From Octopus sinensis (taxonomy: Eukaryota): 64,000 bases of DNA. The notes under the pieces are model-generated. The model worked only from the letters and a program-made list of their open reading frames with translations, had not been told where the DNA came from and did no database searches. The stretch covers positions 43,400,001 to 43,464,000 of the forward strand of contig NC_042998.1 in assembly GCF_006345805.1 (NCBI RefSeq), given 5' to 3'. The position numbers were made by a program, and so were the translations under genes. This document shows, piece after piece, positions 25,117 to 37,762 of the stretch. How positions within the stretch are numbered: the stretch's first letter is position 1; every line of letters starts with the position of its first letter.

Positions 25117-25970
25117 CATATAAAATATATGGGTTCTACAATATCTATTTAAAATAAAACATCCTTCTTCGAAAACACACATATGTACATACTTGAACAA
25201 AGATATATTCATATACTGATTGCTGTGCCAATATATTCATAATGATTAAAATATCAACTTCAAATATCAGAAGACGCAAGGAACTGCTAATGAAACAAAG
25301 TTGCGCTCGAGAATTCATCAGTTTCAGGAGAGAACTATGGAAAACAGTTTTTAACTTTAGAATACCCTGTTTAACGTTTCGTTTTTGTGTTTTAAAAATA
25401 GTTTCCTCAAACTGATGAATACACCACATAAATTTTCGTGCATACCGTAGTTTCGTGATCTTTTCCAGGCCTTTTCTGATACACGAATATTTGTAAATAT
25501 ATTTACTATTCCATCAACAATGAAGAAGCTCTTGACGTAAAGTTAAAATCTAATTATTAATAAAGACAAACAACTGTAACTCGTGTTGAATATTTTATCC
25601 GTAACTGATTTTTATTTGTTATTTTTGCTATTTGCATATCACATATCTTGTCACATCATATCGTATCATATCACTTCATATCATATGTCGTATTATATCA
25701 TATCATATCAGTGACTTCTCCTCGTACACACATGTATATATATATAATACAAATATGAAAATAGAGAAACAAATTTATCACGTTCATCAACTTATGGATA
25801 TTACAATTTTACATTATTTATTAATTATACAAATGAGAACATCAAAAACAACCAAAACATTATATAAATCAATAGGTAATATGATAATAAAAAATAATAC
25901 AAAAACATATTTTAAAAGTCATATTATAAATTATTGAAATTCATAAACTACTTCTTACAACTTTTTCAGA

Positions 25971-25973
<3 letters not shown>

Positions 25974-26048
<75 letters not shown>

Positions 26049-26090
26049 TGTATGTATGTATGTATGTATGTATGTATGTATGTATGTATG
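25974..26090. repeat. (AT)n/(ATGT)n microsatellite
   Basis: Direct reading. Confidence 0.95.
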
Positions 26091-26128
26091 TATATGTGTG
26101 AGCGTGTGTGTATGTATATGTGTATATA

Positions 26129-26630
26129 CGAGGGGAAGTCATAAATTATCCGTATATTTTCGTCATAACCTATCTTTATTACTGTGGGACTACCTTCTGC
26201 GCACGCGTGCTTACAGCTGGTGCTATTATGGTCATGTGATCGAAGTTTGAGCATGATCGCGCAATTTTCCTTTCTGGCTTTACAGTGTAAGCAAGGCTGC
26301 TTCACTAGCAATGTGCACCAAAGAAGAACAAAGAACAGTGATCCGATTTCTCTGGTCGGAAGGTGTGTCAGATGCCGAAATTCATCGGTGGCTTTTAGCA
26401 CAATACGGGGACAGTGCACTACCGCGTAGAAGTGTGTATGAGTGGATCGAGAAGTTTAAAAGTGGCCACAAAACTTGTTGCACATTGCTAGTGGAGCGGC
26501 CACGCTTACTCTGTAAAGCCAGGAAGAAAAATGGCGCAATCAGGCTCAAACTACGATCACGTGACCAAAATAGTACCGACTATAAGCATGCGAACACAAA
26601 AGGCAGTGTGACAATAATCAAAATACGTTA
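26129..26630 (+). mobile_element. Mariner deletion derivative with inverted 5' arms
   Basis: [18 protein letters not shown]...[12 protein letters not shown] is a mariner N-terminal HTH. ~26150-26318 is inverted at ~26479-26630. Confidence 0.78.
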
Positions 26631-26681
26631 AGGCAAAAGTGCAGATAATTTTGGGCTTCCACTCGTTTCTATATATATATA

Positions 26682-27952
26682 TTGGATTGTCCGGAAAGTC
26701 CGTGCCGATTTATAGTAGCTAACCTTTCGACTTATTTTAGAACATGGTTGAGTCCATAAAATAGAATTTGACTACACCTCCATTTAGAGCACAGTTTAAG
26801 CTATCTTTGCGTGGGAGAAGGTTTATGTTCCTATAATCTGTGTTAATTATGTAACCTTTTAAAATGGAAGATAAAGTTCATTTTCGGCACTTGATGCTTT
26901 TATTTTTCTGTAAAGGGAAAAAAATACCTCACAAGGAACCAAAGAAATATGCGCAGTTTATGGTGATGTTTCTTTATCCGAAAGAACTGTACGGAAGTGG
27001 TTCGCAAGGTTCCGAGCTGGAGATTGCAGCCTTATTAATAAAGAGCGATCAGGCAGACCATCCTCTACAGATGATGACCAAATCAAGTCATTAATTGAGA
27101 ATAACCCACATTGCACAGCCTGAGAGTTGGCAGAAAACCTCAACCTATCAAAATCTGTCGTTCATGAGCACATGGTAAAGCTTGGGTACACAAATCGCTA
27201 CGATGTTTGGTTACAATATGAGTTGAGTGAGAAGAACCTTTTGAATTGAACTTCCACCTGTGATTCGCTTTATAAACGGAATGAAAATGCGCCTTTTTTA
27301 AAGCAAATTTGACAGGTGATGAGAAATGGATTATCTACCGAAACGTTAAGAGAAAGCGATTGTAGAGTAAGCAACATGAGCCACCCTTAGCCACCCCAAA
27401 AGCGGGTCTTCACCCTACAATGTCTTGTTTTGTGTCTGGTGGGATTGGAAAGGAATTTTGTACTATGAGCTTTTCCCAAGTAACCAGACAATTAATTCTG
27501 AGAAATACTGCACACAACTGGGCGAGTTAAAAGCGGCAATTCAAGAGAAACGTCCGGAATTGGCCAACAGGAAATGTGTTGTTTTCCAACATGATAATGC
27601 AAGACCGCACATTTCTTTGGGAACCCGATAAAAATTGCTACAGCTTGGCTGGGATGTGTTACCCCAACCTCCATAATCACCAGATATTGCTCGTTCAGAT
27701 TTTCACTTATTCAGGTCTCTGCAGAATAGTCTTAATGGGAAAAATTTCAATTCCTTGGATGACTTTAAAAGATACCTGGATGAATTATTTGCCATAAAAC
27801 AACCTCAATTCTGGAAAGAGGGTATTTTCAAGTTAAAGGAAAGATGGAGACGCATTGTGCAACAAAATGTTTCATATTTGGTTGATTAAAAATGTATTTA
27901 TTGACCTTTTTCCTTCCTTTAAAAATCGGCACGAACTTTCCGGACAACCCAA
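26682..27952 (+). mobile_element. Full-length but disrupted mariner element (DD34D type), 1271 bp
   Basis: TIRs TTGGATTGTCCGGAAAGTCCGTGCCGATTT / AAATCGGCACGAACTTTCCGGACAACCCAA with TA on both sides. Motifs MEDKVHFRH, WDWKGILYYEL, HDNARPH and SPDIARSDFHLF. Confidence 0.93.
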
Positions 27953-28049
27953 TATATATATATGCTGAGTTAGCTTCCTTACTTTACCCAAAGGTTTTCA
28001 GTGTTATCACAGAACAGGAACAGCATATAGTTAAGAAATTAATTCTTTC

Positions 28050-28105
<56 letters not shown>

Positions 28106-28149
28106 ATAATTGTGTGGGTGTGTATGTATATATATATGCATTAAATCGT

Positions 28150-28830
28150 GTATACCAACCAAATACCAACCTGATGCACAAAAGGGACAGAGACGCAGGA
28201 AAAACACCAAAATATAACAACGGAAGCTGACTTTGTGGTGTTAACATCGAAAATATCACACACATCATAAGCAGTTGTCCGAAAATGTCATCACGGGATT
28301 ATGTACCCATGAGACATGATGCTGTAGCTAAGACATTGTATAATGAGATCTGTCGGAAGGATAAGTCAGAAGCCAAAGAAATAGGAACCCACAGTATGGT
28401 AGTAGCTGTAGCCACTCATACCAACAAGGTGTACTAATAAAATGTCAATGCGAAAACTTCAGTAAAATATAAACATGATAAACCAGACATAGGGATTTTG
28501 GATAGAGAAGCGAATCTGTGTACAGTTGTGGCAATCAGCTGCTTCGCGAATGTTAAGATAAAGCTAAAGTTCATCGAAAAAGAAAATACTTATGCTGAAC
28601 TATTGAGAAATCTACAGTTACTCCTCTCAGATTACAAGTTCAGATTTATACCTGTAAATTTTGGCGCACTGGGACATGTAACACACTGGCTAAGTACCAA
28701 TCTTGAGAAATTAGGCTTCTCAAAATCAGAACAGAGAAAGTTGATTCGAAGACTACAAATCCAATCCATAACTGGAACTGCATATATCTGTAAAACTCCC
28801 CAGTATTTTAACATTTAAATATATATGCAC
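28150..28830 (+). mobile_element. REL-endonuclease non-LTR retrotransposon, 3' fragment
   Basis: NIENITHIISSCPK..RHDAVAK, KPDIGILD and FIPVNFGALG. Confidence 0.75.
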
Positions 28831-29044
28831 ATGTCTAAACATGGAACTATATGCATGAGAATACATACATAAAGCAAAACATATAACTTTGCACATGCAA
28901 TGACTCCAAATACTGCGCATATACGCAAATACATGAAAAAATACCCTGTTGATGTTGATGAAATTCCAATCAAGGAGCCCTGGATCTAGATTCGAAATCG
29001 GCTCTTTCTTTATTGGCAAGAAATCTTGAAATAAAACTGAATAA

Positions 29045-29082
29045 TGACACGCACGCACACACACACACGCACACGCACACAC

Positions 29083-29121
<39 letters not shown>

Positions 29122-29238
29122 CACACGCACACACACACACACTCACACTCACATACACACACACACATACGCACGCGCACACACACACACACTCACACTC
29201 ACACATGTCCACACACACACACACACACGCACACACGT
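29045..29238. repeat. Imperfect (CA)n microsatellite
   Basis: Direct reading. Confidence 0.95.
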
Positions 29239-29399
29239 ATAAGGTATTCAGGAAAATTTGAAAGTTTCCATACAAGGAAATAAAAAAATAAACTTCGCAT
29301 GCAAAAAATAAAAGTATTTTAAAACATCAAAATTTTCAAGTAGATTATGGTTGGGAGATAACAGTTTACTCATAGTAGCAGCCCTCAGCTTCCCCCACG

Positions 29400-29800
29400 G
29401 CCTCAGAAGGGCTCTAGAACCTAATGCATGCGTTACTGAATCTCTGGGAAGGACTTCGAACACTTTCTTGATATGGGCCACCAGCTTGCTCTTGGTGTCT
29501 TTCTCAACCATGCCTTTTTCATAGTAATCCGTTGGAAGACAATCGAGGGAATTAGGAGCCAAGAAACTGGGGCTAGTGAAGTCGTAGAGATTCTCTGAAA
29601 ACCATCTTTGACACTTTCTGGAGGTATAGCAAGAAACTTAATCATATTGCCACACATATGACCTTCTAGCAGTAACTCACTACAACTAGTTCTTTCACCA
29701 CTGTCTCCAGCAGCTTCACATAGCCATCTGAATTGAGCTGAAGGTGCTGTTCGAAGATTTGTGGCAGCATGACTGGAGACACACACAAAGACCATCACAG
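29400..29800 (-). mobile_element. Tc1/mariner (maT-like) transposase fragment
   Basis: LNSDGYVKLLETVV and PNSLDCLPTDYY in broken frames. Confidence 0.65.
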
Positions 29801-29804
29801 TTCT

Positions 29805-30222
29805 TATTTCTTTATTGCCCACAAGGGGCTAAATATAGAGGGGACAAACAAGGACAGGCAAGGGGATTAAATCGATTACATCGACCCCAGTGCGTAACTG
29901 GTACTTAATTTATCGACCCCCGAAAGGATAACAAGCAAAGTCGACCTCGGCGGAATTTGAACTCAGAACGTAGCGGCAGACGAAATGCCTATTTCTTTAC
30001 TACCCACAAGGGGCTAAACACAGAGAGGACAAACAAGGACAGACAAACGGATTAAGTCGATTATATCGACCCCAGTGCGTAACTGGTACTTATTTAATCG
30101 ACCCCGAAAGGATGAAAGGCAAAGTCGACCTCGGCGGAATTTGAACTCAGAACGTAACGGCAGACAAAATACTGCTAAGCATTTCGTCCGGCGTGCTAAC
30201 GTTTCTGCCAGCTCGCCGCCTT
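29805..30222 (-). mobile_element. Family B SINE, tandem dimeric body (185-bp period)
   Basis: Units start at 29805 and 29990. The head is at ~30172-30222. Confidence 0.88.
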
Positions 30223-30759
30223 AAAACCACCACAGTTGGTGGGAAATTGGTTTCCATTATATCAGGAACATTATAATGATTGTAGGCAAGCCAACTTTTA
30301 TTCTTAGTGTTGTGCAACTGGCCCTGGAAGATCTTTTCGCCTGAGAAGAACCTGAACCTCTCCGGTTCAACAGGATACCTTAGCTTTTTCAGGAACTTCT
30401 TTGCCTTCGTCAGTCGTCTCTTCTTGACCTTGACTGTCAGAATTTGTCACTTTTGCCTCTTGTACGAGTTATAGCGAAGGTCCGCATTCAGGGCCATCTC
30501 CATGGGAGCGTCTCTCATATTCATGTCTCTCCCCAAAGCTCGTATTCCGTCGTACTCATCTTCTATCATCTTGTCCTGTAGTTGTTGGATGAATTCTGAT
30601 GTGCATCGCAATCAAAATATCTGAGGTGTCCCTTCTGTTGGCTACGGTTTCTTAGTCACCGTTGTAGCTATCCATGTCACTTCTTACAATCTTTCCAATG
30701 TTTACAGAGCATTGAGCAACAGACATAATTTCGGCATACCTGCCGAAAATGCAGATCAA

Positions 30760-30987
30760 AATTTACCATTTTAACACCGTTGTCGGGTTCAGAGCGAAAC
30801 GCAGAAGGTCCTCAATTCGTTTGTGGAAAATAACTTCCAGGCCGGATTCCAAAAGTGGTAGGAAGTTGAGACCAGTGTATAGCTGCACAAGGTGACTATT
30901 TCGAAGGAGATTATGTTAGAACTTAGGAAAAGATGTTATTTTTTTTATAAAACATAACTAGTCTGGGAACTTTTGATACCACCTCGT
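30760..30987 (+). mobile_element. Mariner 3' end fragment
   Basis: Ends CAAGGTGACTATTTCGAAGG...GGGAACTTTTGATACCACCTCG, like mariner C-terminus plus TIR. Confidence 0.5.
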
Positions 30988-32064
30988 TTAACTCGGAAAT
31001 TTGAATAGCTTTGTTAGAATACGCCGACTGAAAAGGTTTCTATATTTGCTTCTTATTGTGTCTGTAATCCTCCTCGCATACAATATTTCTTCATCAATCT
31101 AAACACTATATTCACAGAGTTGTTACGAGTGAAATATTTTCTAATGGCCAAAACTCGACGAACAGAGAGACTCTTCTATTACCCACAAACAGATCTTTAC
31201 AGGTTCAGCTTTGTTTGCAGTATGTATTTCCTATAACAAACACTGCCTCTTGTCATCTTTACTTTGTATCACCTGCCGGACATCGCAACCAAAACTTTGC
31301 CGAGTGCTCTTCAGAATTGCTATTCGCCAGAATTTACTTCCTTATATAGGTCACCGATTAATTGATGCTCCATAAGAATACAAACGCTGTCGATGACTGT
31401 AGCCTGTGAATGTTTTCAATAACATAGACCCTGCGCTTTCTCTCCTAACTAATTTACACAAATATATTTACTTTTGATGTCTTAAGAGGGGGCAATTACG
31501 CATACTAAAAACCAAGGTCGTATATCTTTACATGCTGTGCAACAACGCCTGACGTTTATATTTTTTCCAAAATTTTTTAGATCTTAACAAAATTTCCTAT
31601 TCAGACATTTGTCAAATTAGAGACTAGCTCTTTAATACAGCCTTCATGGGATAAATATGTGTGCACTTCAAATTTAAGGAGTGTTTCTTAGAACACGAGA
31701 ACGTTTACGACTGCGTTTTACAGGATGCTACTTAAGGGTAAGAGTTATACTCTTCATTTCTGTATTTCCTTTTCTACTTGTCACTGCTAACATTAATTTG
31801 AATCATCATACTCTATCTTATATACTAGTTACTCTGTGCATTGGTTATATTCTCATCTTAATTTTCAGTTTTAGGCTTGTGTACATGCATTATAAATTAG
31901 TGCAACTGTTAAATAATTAGTAGTTCAATTTGCTTTCATCAATATCAAGTAAATTATAGGTAATTAAATAACCCGTGGGAAACATGTTTCGCATTAAGTG
32001 CTACATAGTTGTGTGAAAGCGGTTGAAATAGTGGAAGAAACTGTGAAGCCATTATACTTATGCC

Positions 32065-32445
32065 TAAGGCGGCGAGCTGGCAGAAACGCTAGCACGTCGG
32101 GCGAAATGCATAGCCGTATTTCGTCTGCCGTTACGTTCTGAGTTCAAATTCCGCCGAGGTCAACTTTGCCTTTCATCCTTTCGGGGTCGATTAAATAAGT
32201 ACCAGTTACGCACTGGGGTCGATATAATCGACTTAATCCGTTTGTCTGTCCTTGTTTGTCCCCTCTGTGCTTAGCCCCTTGTGGGTAGTAAATAAATAGG
32301 TATTTCGTCTGTCTTCACGTTCTGAGTTCAAATTCCGCCGAGGTCGACTTTCCCTTTCATCATTTAGGGGTCGATAAATTAAGTACTAGTTGCGCACTGG
32401 GATCGATCTAATCGACTGGCCTCCTCCCCCAAAATTTCGGGCCTT
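32065..32445 (+). mobile_element. Family B SINE with partial second unit
   Basis: Head TAAGGCGGCGAGCTGGCAG, with the body repeated from ~32300. Confidence 0.85.
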
Positions 32446-32499
32446 GTTCCCGCGCTCTTAACCATTATGCCATATGCCCGTGGGCAATTATGGAGTGAA

Positions 32500-33255
32500 T
32501 TTTAGGGCTTATAAATCTAATAATTTCCTATCCTTCCTTAATACCATTTCCCATATGCTTCTCATATCTGCACTCGGTCTGCTTAGGAGGTTATTGTATC
32601 CTAGCCTATGTGCTGCTTCTTTTAGTTTTCGTATTTTCCAGTGGTGTTCTCTGTCTATTATTTTAACTTCATCCCACAGGGGGAGGTGGTCTCCCTTTTT
32701 CAACACATAATCAATTATACCCGATTTATTAATATCTCTCTGTGTCATAACTCTGCGATGTTCGTCCGACCCTTATTTTGAGGGGGCAGCATGTTTTGCC
32801 CTTGTATAACCTACTACAGCTGCATTGGATGGAGTACACGCAATCTTTGGTCATATTCTCTTCTACTGGTGGTTTTACTCGAAGGAGATATTTGCGAAGT
32901 GTTGTATTACTCTTGAATACTGTCATATGGGCTGCATATCTTTTGTATCTTTTCTGAGAGACCTTTCACATAGGGTAGACAGACTGTGGACAGTTTATTG
33001 GTTTCATCCTCTCTTTTCTTCATAATTGGAGAGGACAGTATGTTTTTATGGTAGTTGTTGCTAAATAGATTGTTATTGATCTTGATCATTTCTTCGTGGT
33101 GTGTATCACGATCACTACTTATATTCTTTGCACGATGTTTTAGGCACTGACCAATCCCTCTCTTTACACTGCATGGATGGTTGGAATTGAAGTTTAGGTA
33201 GCGTTTAGTGAAGGTCGGCTTGCGGTGTACGGATGTCCTGAATCCATACTTGGTG
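32500..33255 (-). mobile_element. Penelope-like element remnant (RT C-terminus plus GIY-YIG endonuclease)
   Basis: HRKPTFTKRYLNFNSNHP, CVYSIQCSCSRLYKGKT and KIRKLKEAAH. A decayed HHR-like motif lies downstream at ~31975-32012. Confidence 0.85.
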
Positions 33256-34774
33256 CGTGATATTAATACAAAAAATATGAGTGCAGAAATAACAGCAAAC
33301 TATTTTTAAAAAAAAGTAAAACTAGCAAAGAAATATTGTATCAAAGTGAGACTAAAGTGTTCATTCATATCGTGTGTGCAAACACACGTTTACTTGTGAC
33401 AATAATGCCGTTTGCTTTCAAAAAATCCATTGTTTTCTCTGGAGCAAGCTGCTTCAATATTTCATCAAATGAACACTTTAATTTCACTTTGTCATATTAC
33501 TGCGGGAAATTACTCTGAAAGAAATCTTTGGAGAAAAGTGAGTAGATTGATTACATATTTCTTTCATTATGTCGTCGCAATTTTGTGAGATTTGGCTGTT
33601 ATTTCTAGCATGTGAATAGTCTGCTTGAAGGGCAAGGCCGTAGAATCGGGAGGGGAGGAGGTTGGACAATTTTCTTTTGAAAAATTGAAATTTTACAAAC
33701 ATTTTTTTATTCAGAATAATGATCTCCGTATTTTTGTACGTATTTCGCAAAAATAAATAAATAAATAATAAATAAATAAATAAATAAAATAAATAAAATT
33801 TCCGGAAAAAGTGAAAAATGAACAAATTTGGTGATCCGGGATTGAAATTTTGAAGTTGCGATTTTTGAAAAATTTTTTCAGAATCTGAATATCCATAGCC
33901 TAAAACGTGGGATTCCGTAAAAAAAATAAATAATTAAAGCGGGAAAGGGTTCTGTAGATATAACTGAGGAAAACTAATCGGATTCGCGCATACGCACATG
34001 ATCCGAAAAGTTTTAAACAGAAGTATTGAATTATCCTTCATTCCATTAACGTTCTCCACAGAGGTAAGACAGAATTTTCCTGCATTCACCGCCCACAAAC
34101 ATCTCTACCTGTAAACATTCAGTGAAGCTCTACATAGCGCCGATAGCTCACCGGCTGCTAATTCTAGCATTGATCGTATTTTGTGTGCATCCGCTTATGT
34201 GTATCTACATTTTATGGTGCTTTATTCTTGCTGGATAGCAATATTATTTTTATTAATATTTATATTTCGTGTATGTATATGAGAAAAGTGACCTAAAATT
34301 CAAAGAATTCTTATTATTTTCGTGGATGTCACTCTTATATGCAATAAGCAATATCTTTACAAGGTTACGGTGACTCGATAAAAGAATTGACCAATCATGT
34401 TTGCAAAATTATGCGTTTAAAGGCCAACTTGTGTACAGATCATGTCCTCAGTGAAAAGTCAAATTTTTTTTCAAATTTTTGCGCATTTACATATCGTTCC
34501 TATCGCTTTTCTTACTAAATACTTCTAGCTTTTCATAGTAAATACTACTATGAATATATTTTCATTCAGCAATGATCAAAGTAGGTAAAATTAAAGCAAT
34601 CTCCTATCTTTTTAGTTCACGTGGTTTATCAAACATGTATAACAATTATTAAAACCCTGCAATACAGCCCATAAAAGCTTACATATCACTTTCATTTTCT
34701 TAAATGGTAAATATCACCACGAAATTTATCCGATAAGTAGTTCTATACTGTCAACTTAACGTGACAGTCCCGTA

Positions 34775-34992
34775 TGGGAATTACATCACCGCTGTTTAGC
34801 CCTAGGAAGCATCGAACGCTTCCTGTCGGCTTTGACACATTTCCTGTGTCCTTATATTTGTGAAGGGGAGGCAAGCACACCCACCAGCCAAGATTCACAC
34901 CTGAGGACATGCATGTTTCTGGGTCTTAACCCGTCATCAGCCCAGGATAGTGAGATCTGCTGACTGAGGTGCCTGTCTAGCCGTAATTCCTC
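34775..34992 (-). mobile_element. Small GC-rich structured HHR-bearing element
   Basis: GC island in AT-rich DNA with end-pairing GGAATTAC/GTAATTCC and hairpins AGGAAGC/GCTTCCT and GACACA/TGTGTC. Contains an HHR. Confidence 0.5.
34900..34946 (-). ncRNA. Type I hammerhead ribozyme motif
   Basis: Minus strand reads CCTGGG CTGATGA C-GGGT TAAG ACCC-A GAAAC ATGCAT GTC CTCAGG: 6-bp stem I, palindromic stem III, predicted cleavage between 34906 and 34905. Confidence 0.82.
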
Positions 34993-35108
34993 TATATGAG
35001 TTCCATTAATTATTTAAAACTAATTTTAAATGAACTAAAAGCAAAAGACAGAAAGTATCCATTTACTATATAAAAAATCACGAAATTATGAAAAGTATTC
35101 CCTTACTA

Positions 35109-37172
35109 CATGGGTCACCAAACTACGGCCCTCGGGCCGAATCCGGCCCGCTACGTCTATTTGTCCAGCCCGCTGACGTGTACTGAAAAAAAAAAACATG
35201 CTTTTATACTGCTTCTCACACTTCTTAGATTATGCATGTCGTATTTATACTGAGTTGGTCACATCACGCGCCATAATAATTACTACAATACATCGCTTGT
35301 GCCTCGGGCTAGTCAGTTAATGGTGATTGCAATTAAAACGAGAATATTTGACCAGAGGCCCAAGAATGCTTTTGTTTTTTCCTCATCCATCGTTATGGCT
35401 ACTAAGAAGAGAAAGGTTGATGATGAATGTCGCATTTTCAATAAAGAATGGGGAGAAAAAGTACTCCTTTAGGAAAACAAACGACCAGAAAGCTAGTTGC
35501 CTGATATGCAACGAAAGTGTTGCTGTTATGAAAGAGTACAATATTTGTCGTCACTATGAAGCAAAACATCTCTCAACACATTCTAAATATTCTGGAAAAT
35601 TTCGGTCAGAGAAATTTGAAGCTATGAATCGTAGTTTGGAATCTGAAAGGAATTTCTTTACGAAAATGTTTGCTGAAAATAAATCTATCACTCGTATAAG
35701 TTGTAAAATAGTGAGGAAAACCATTTACTGACGGAAACTTTATAAAAGAGTGCATGATGGAAGCAGCAAATGACTTGTGTCCTGAAAAAGCTAACATGTT
35801 TGTCTTTATCAGCCTTTCATCAAGATAAGTTTTGCGGACAATAGAAGAACTTGGAGAGAATATACAGTTATAGATACATGAGAAAGCTAAGAAATTTTTG
35901 TAGTATGGATGAGTCTACTGATCTCTCTAGTACGTCACAACGTCATGTGTTCATTCGTGGTGTTAATTGCAGCTTCGAGATTATAGAAGAAATGGCACCC
36001 ATTTGCAGTATACATGGAACAACAACTGGAGAAGATATTTTCATAGAGGTGCAGAAAACTTTGCAAAACTATAACTTTCAGTGGAATTAGCTTCGATATG
36101 TCACAGTTGATGGAAGTAAAAACATGGCAGGTGTGAGGAAGGGCTTGGTAGGGCGGATCCAGACCAAGTTGGAGGAGCTTTAACTTCCGAAAGCTTTGTT
36201 TATACACTGCATTATACATCAGCAAGCACTTTGTGGAAAACACTTCGATATTTCTTGCGTACTAAAACCGGTTACAACTCTGGTGAACTTTATTCGGAAT
36301 CATGGGCTTAATCACCGACAATTCCAGGCTTTCCTTGAAGAAATGGATTCTAATTTCTGTGACTTGCCTTACTACACAAGTGAGATGACTCAGTTGCAGT
36401 AAAGTCCTGTCCTGTTTTTATAAGCTCCGAAGAGAAATAGATCATTGTCTCACCGAAATGAATAGAGCTGATTCATAGCTGTCAGATCCTTCATGGTTAT
36501 CAAAGTTATCATTTTTAGTTGACGTCACTTCCGAAAATCCCTTTGGCTGTTATCTTGATGACATGCTAACTGAACTACAACTGCAGCTTACTGACTTGCA
36601 AGCTAATACCTTGTTGAAAGAGAAGCACAGAGAAGGAAAACTCATTGAATTTTTAGCGCTGTTTGCCTGCTGACGAGTTTTCAAAATTGAAACAAATTTG
36701 CTTCAGGTATGGCATAAGTGTTTGGAACAACTTATGTTTGTGAGCAAACCTTTTCAAAAGTGATGTGTGTGAAGTCAATACATCAAACAAGGCTCACTGA
36801 TGAACATTTGAAAGCAATTCTTATAGTTGGCTGCAGCAATCATAAAGCAAATGTTTATATTTTGGAAGCAAAATGCCAGTTTCACAAATTTCCTTACTTT
36901 TGTGCTTCTTACTTTTTATGCAATTCAGCTATGTGCGCACTTTTTCTAAAAATCCTAACTTGGTAATATTTTGGTATTATTCAAATATATTTATTGTTTG
37001 TATTATTTTGTGTATTATGTATTGATAAATAAATAGGATGACTGTCTTTATTTTTTGTGTATATTCAGTGTATTCTATATTGCACTGAATTGAACAAAAT
37101 ATTTATCCGGCCCGCGCTTGGCATGCTTTTAGCTATATCTGGCCCACTATGAAAAAAGTTTGGTGACCCCTG
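35109..37172 (+). mobile_element. hAT DNA transposon (Charlie/SPIN/GTF2IRD2-like), disrupted transposase
   Basis: TIRs CA(T/G)GGGTCACCAAACT and 8-bp TSD CCTTACTA/CTTTACTA. Motifs [44 protein letters not shown] and FGTTYVCEQTFS. Confidence 0.93.
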
Positions 37173-37762
37173 CTTTACTATATAAAATTTCATGAAATTT
37201 GCGAAGAAATGTCATTATTCGTATCCTCGATGTAGCCTCCATTAACTGTATATTAAAATCATACATATTCTATGTCTTTTACATCGGAAACTTAGAGAAC
37301 AATCTCTAACAGCTTAATTAACATAAATTATTTCAATTTACATATATATGTGTCAATATTATATTAACCATTATATTGGTTAATATCTATTTTCATCGAG
37401 AACGTGTTAAAAAAATCTTACTGAGCACAAATTATTTGCAGGACCTTGAAATTATTGTTCAAGTGTGTGTACCCAATTGCCATTCTCGTTGTACTAAAAT
37501 TTGAACTTAAATATATAATTAATTCATGTCACATGACCTGAAAACAACCTAAATATAAAGCTAAATGACAATAAATAGAAATTATAAAAGAAAACAAAAA
37601 TATAAATTTACAATTTTAATTATGAAAGTTTTTTTTGTATGTATATAATTTTGTATAAACTTATTTATACAATCAATGATACAGGAAATATACAGCGATG
37701 AATGTTTTAATAAAGTTATTTATAAAATTTAAATTTCCATTTTGAAAGTAACTCTGTAATGT

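Noticed and set aside
31975-32012. HHR-like motif downstream of the Penelope remnant
   Set aside because: The core reads CTATGTA and stem III is mismatched. Used only as supporting context.
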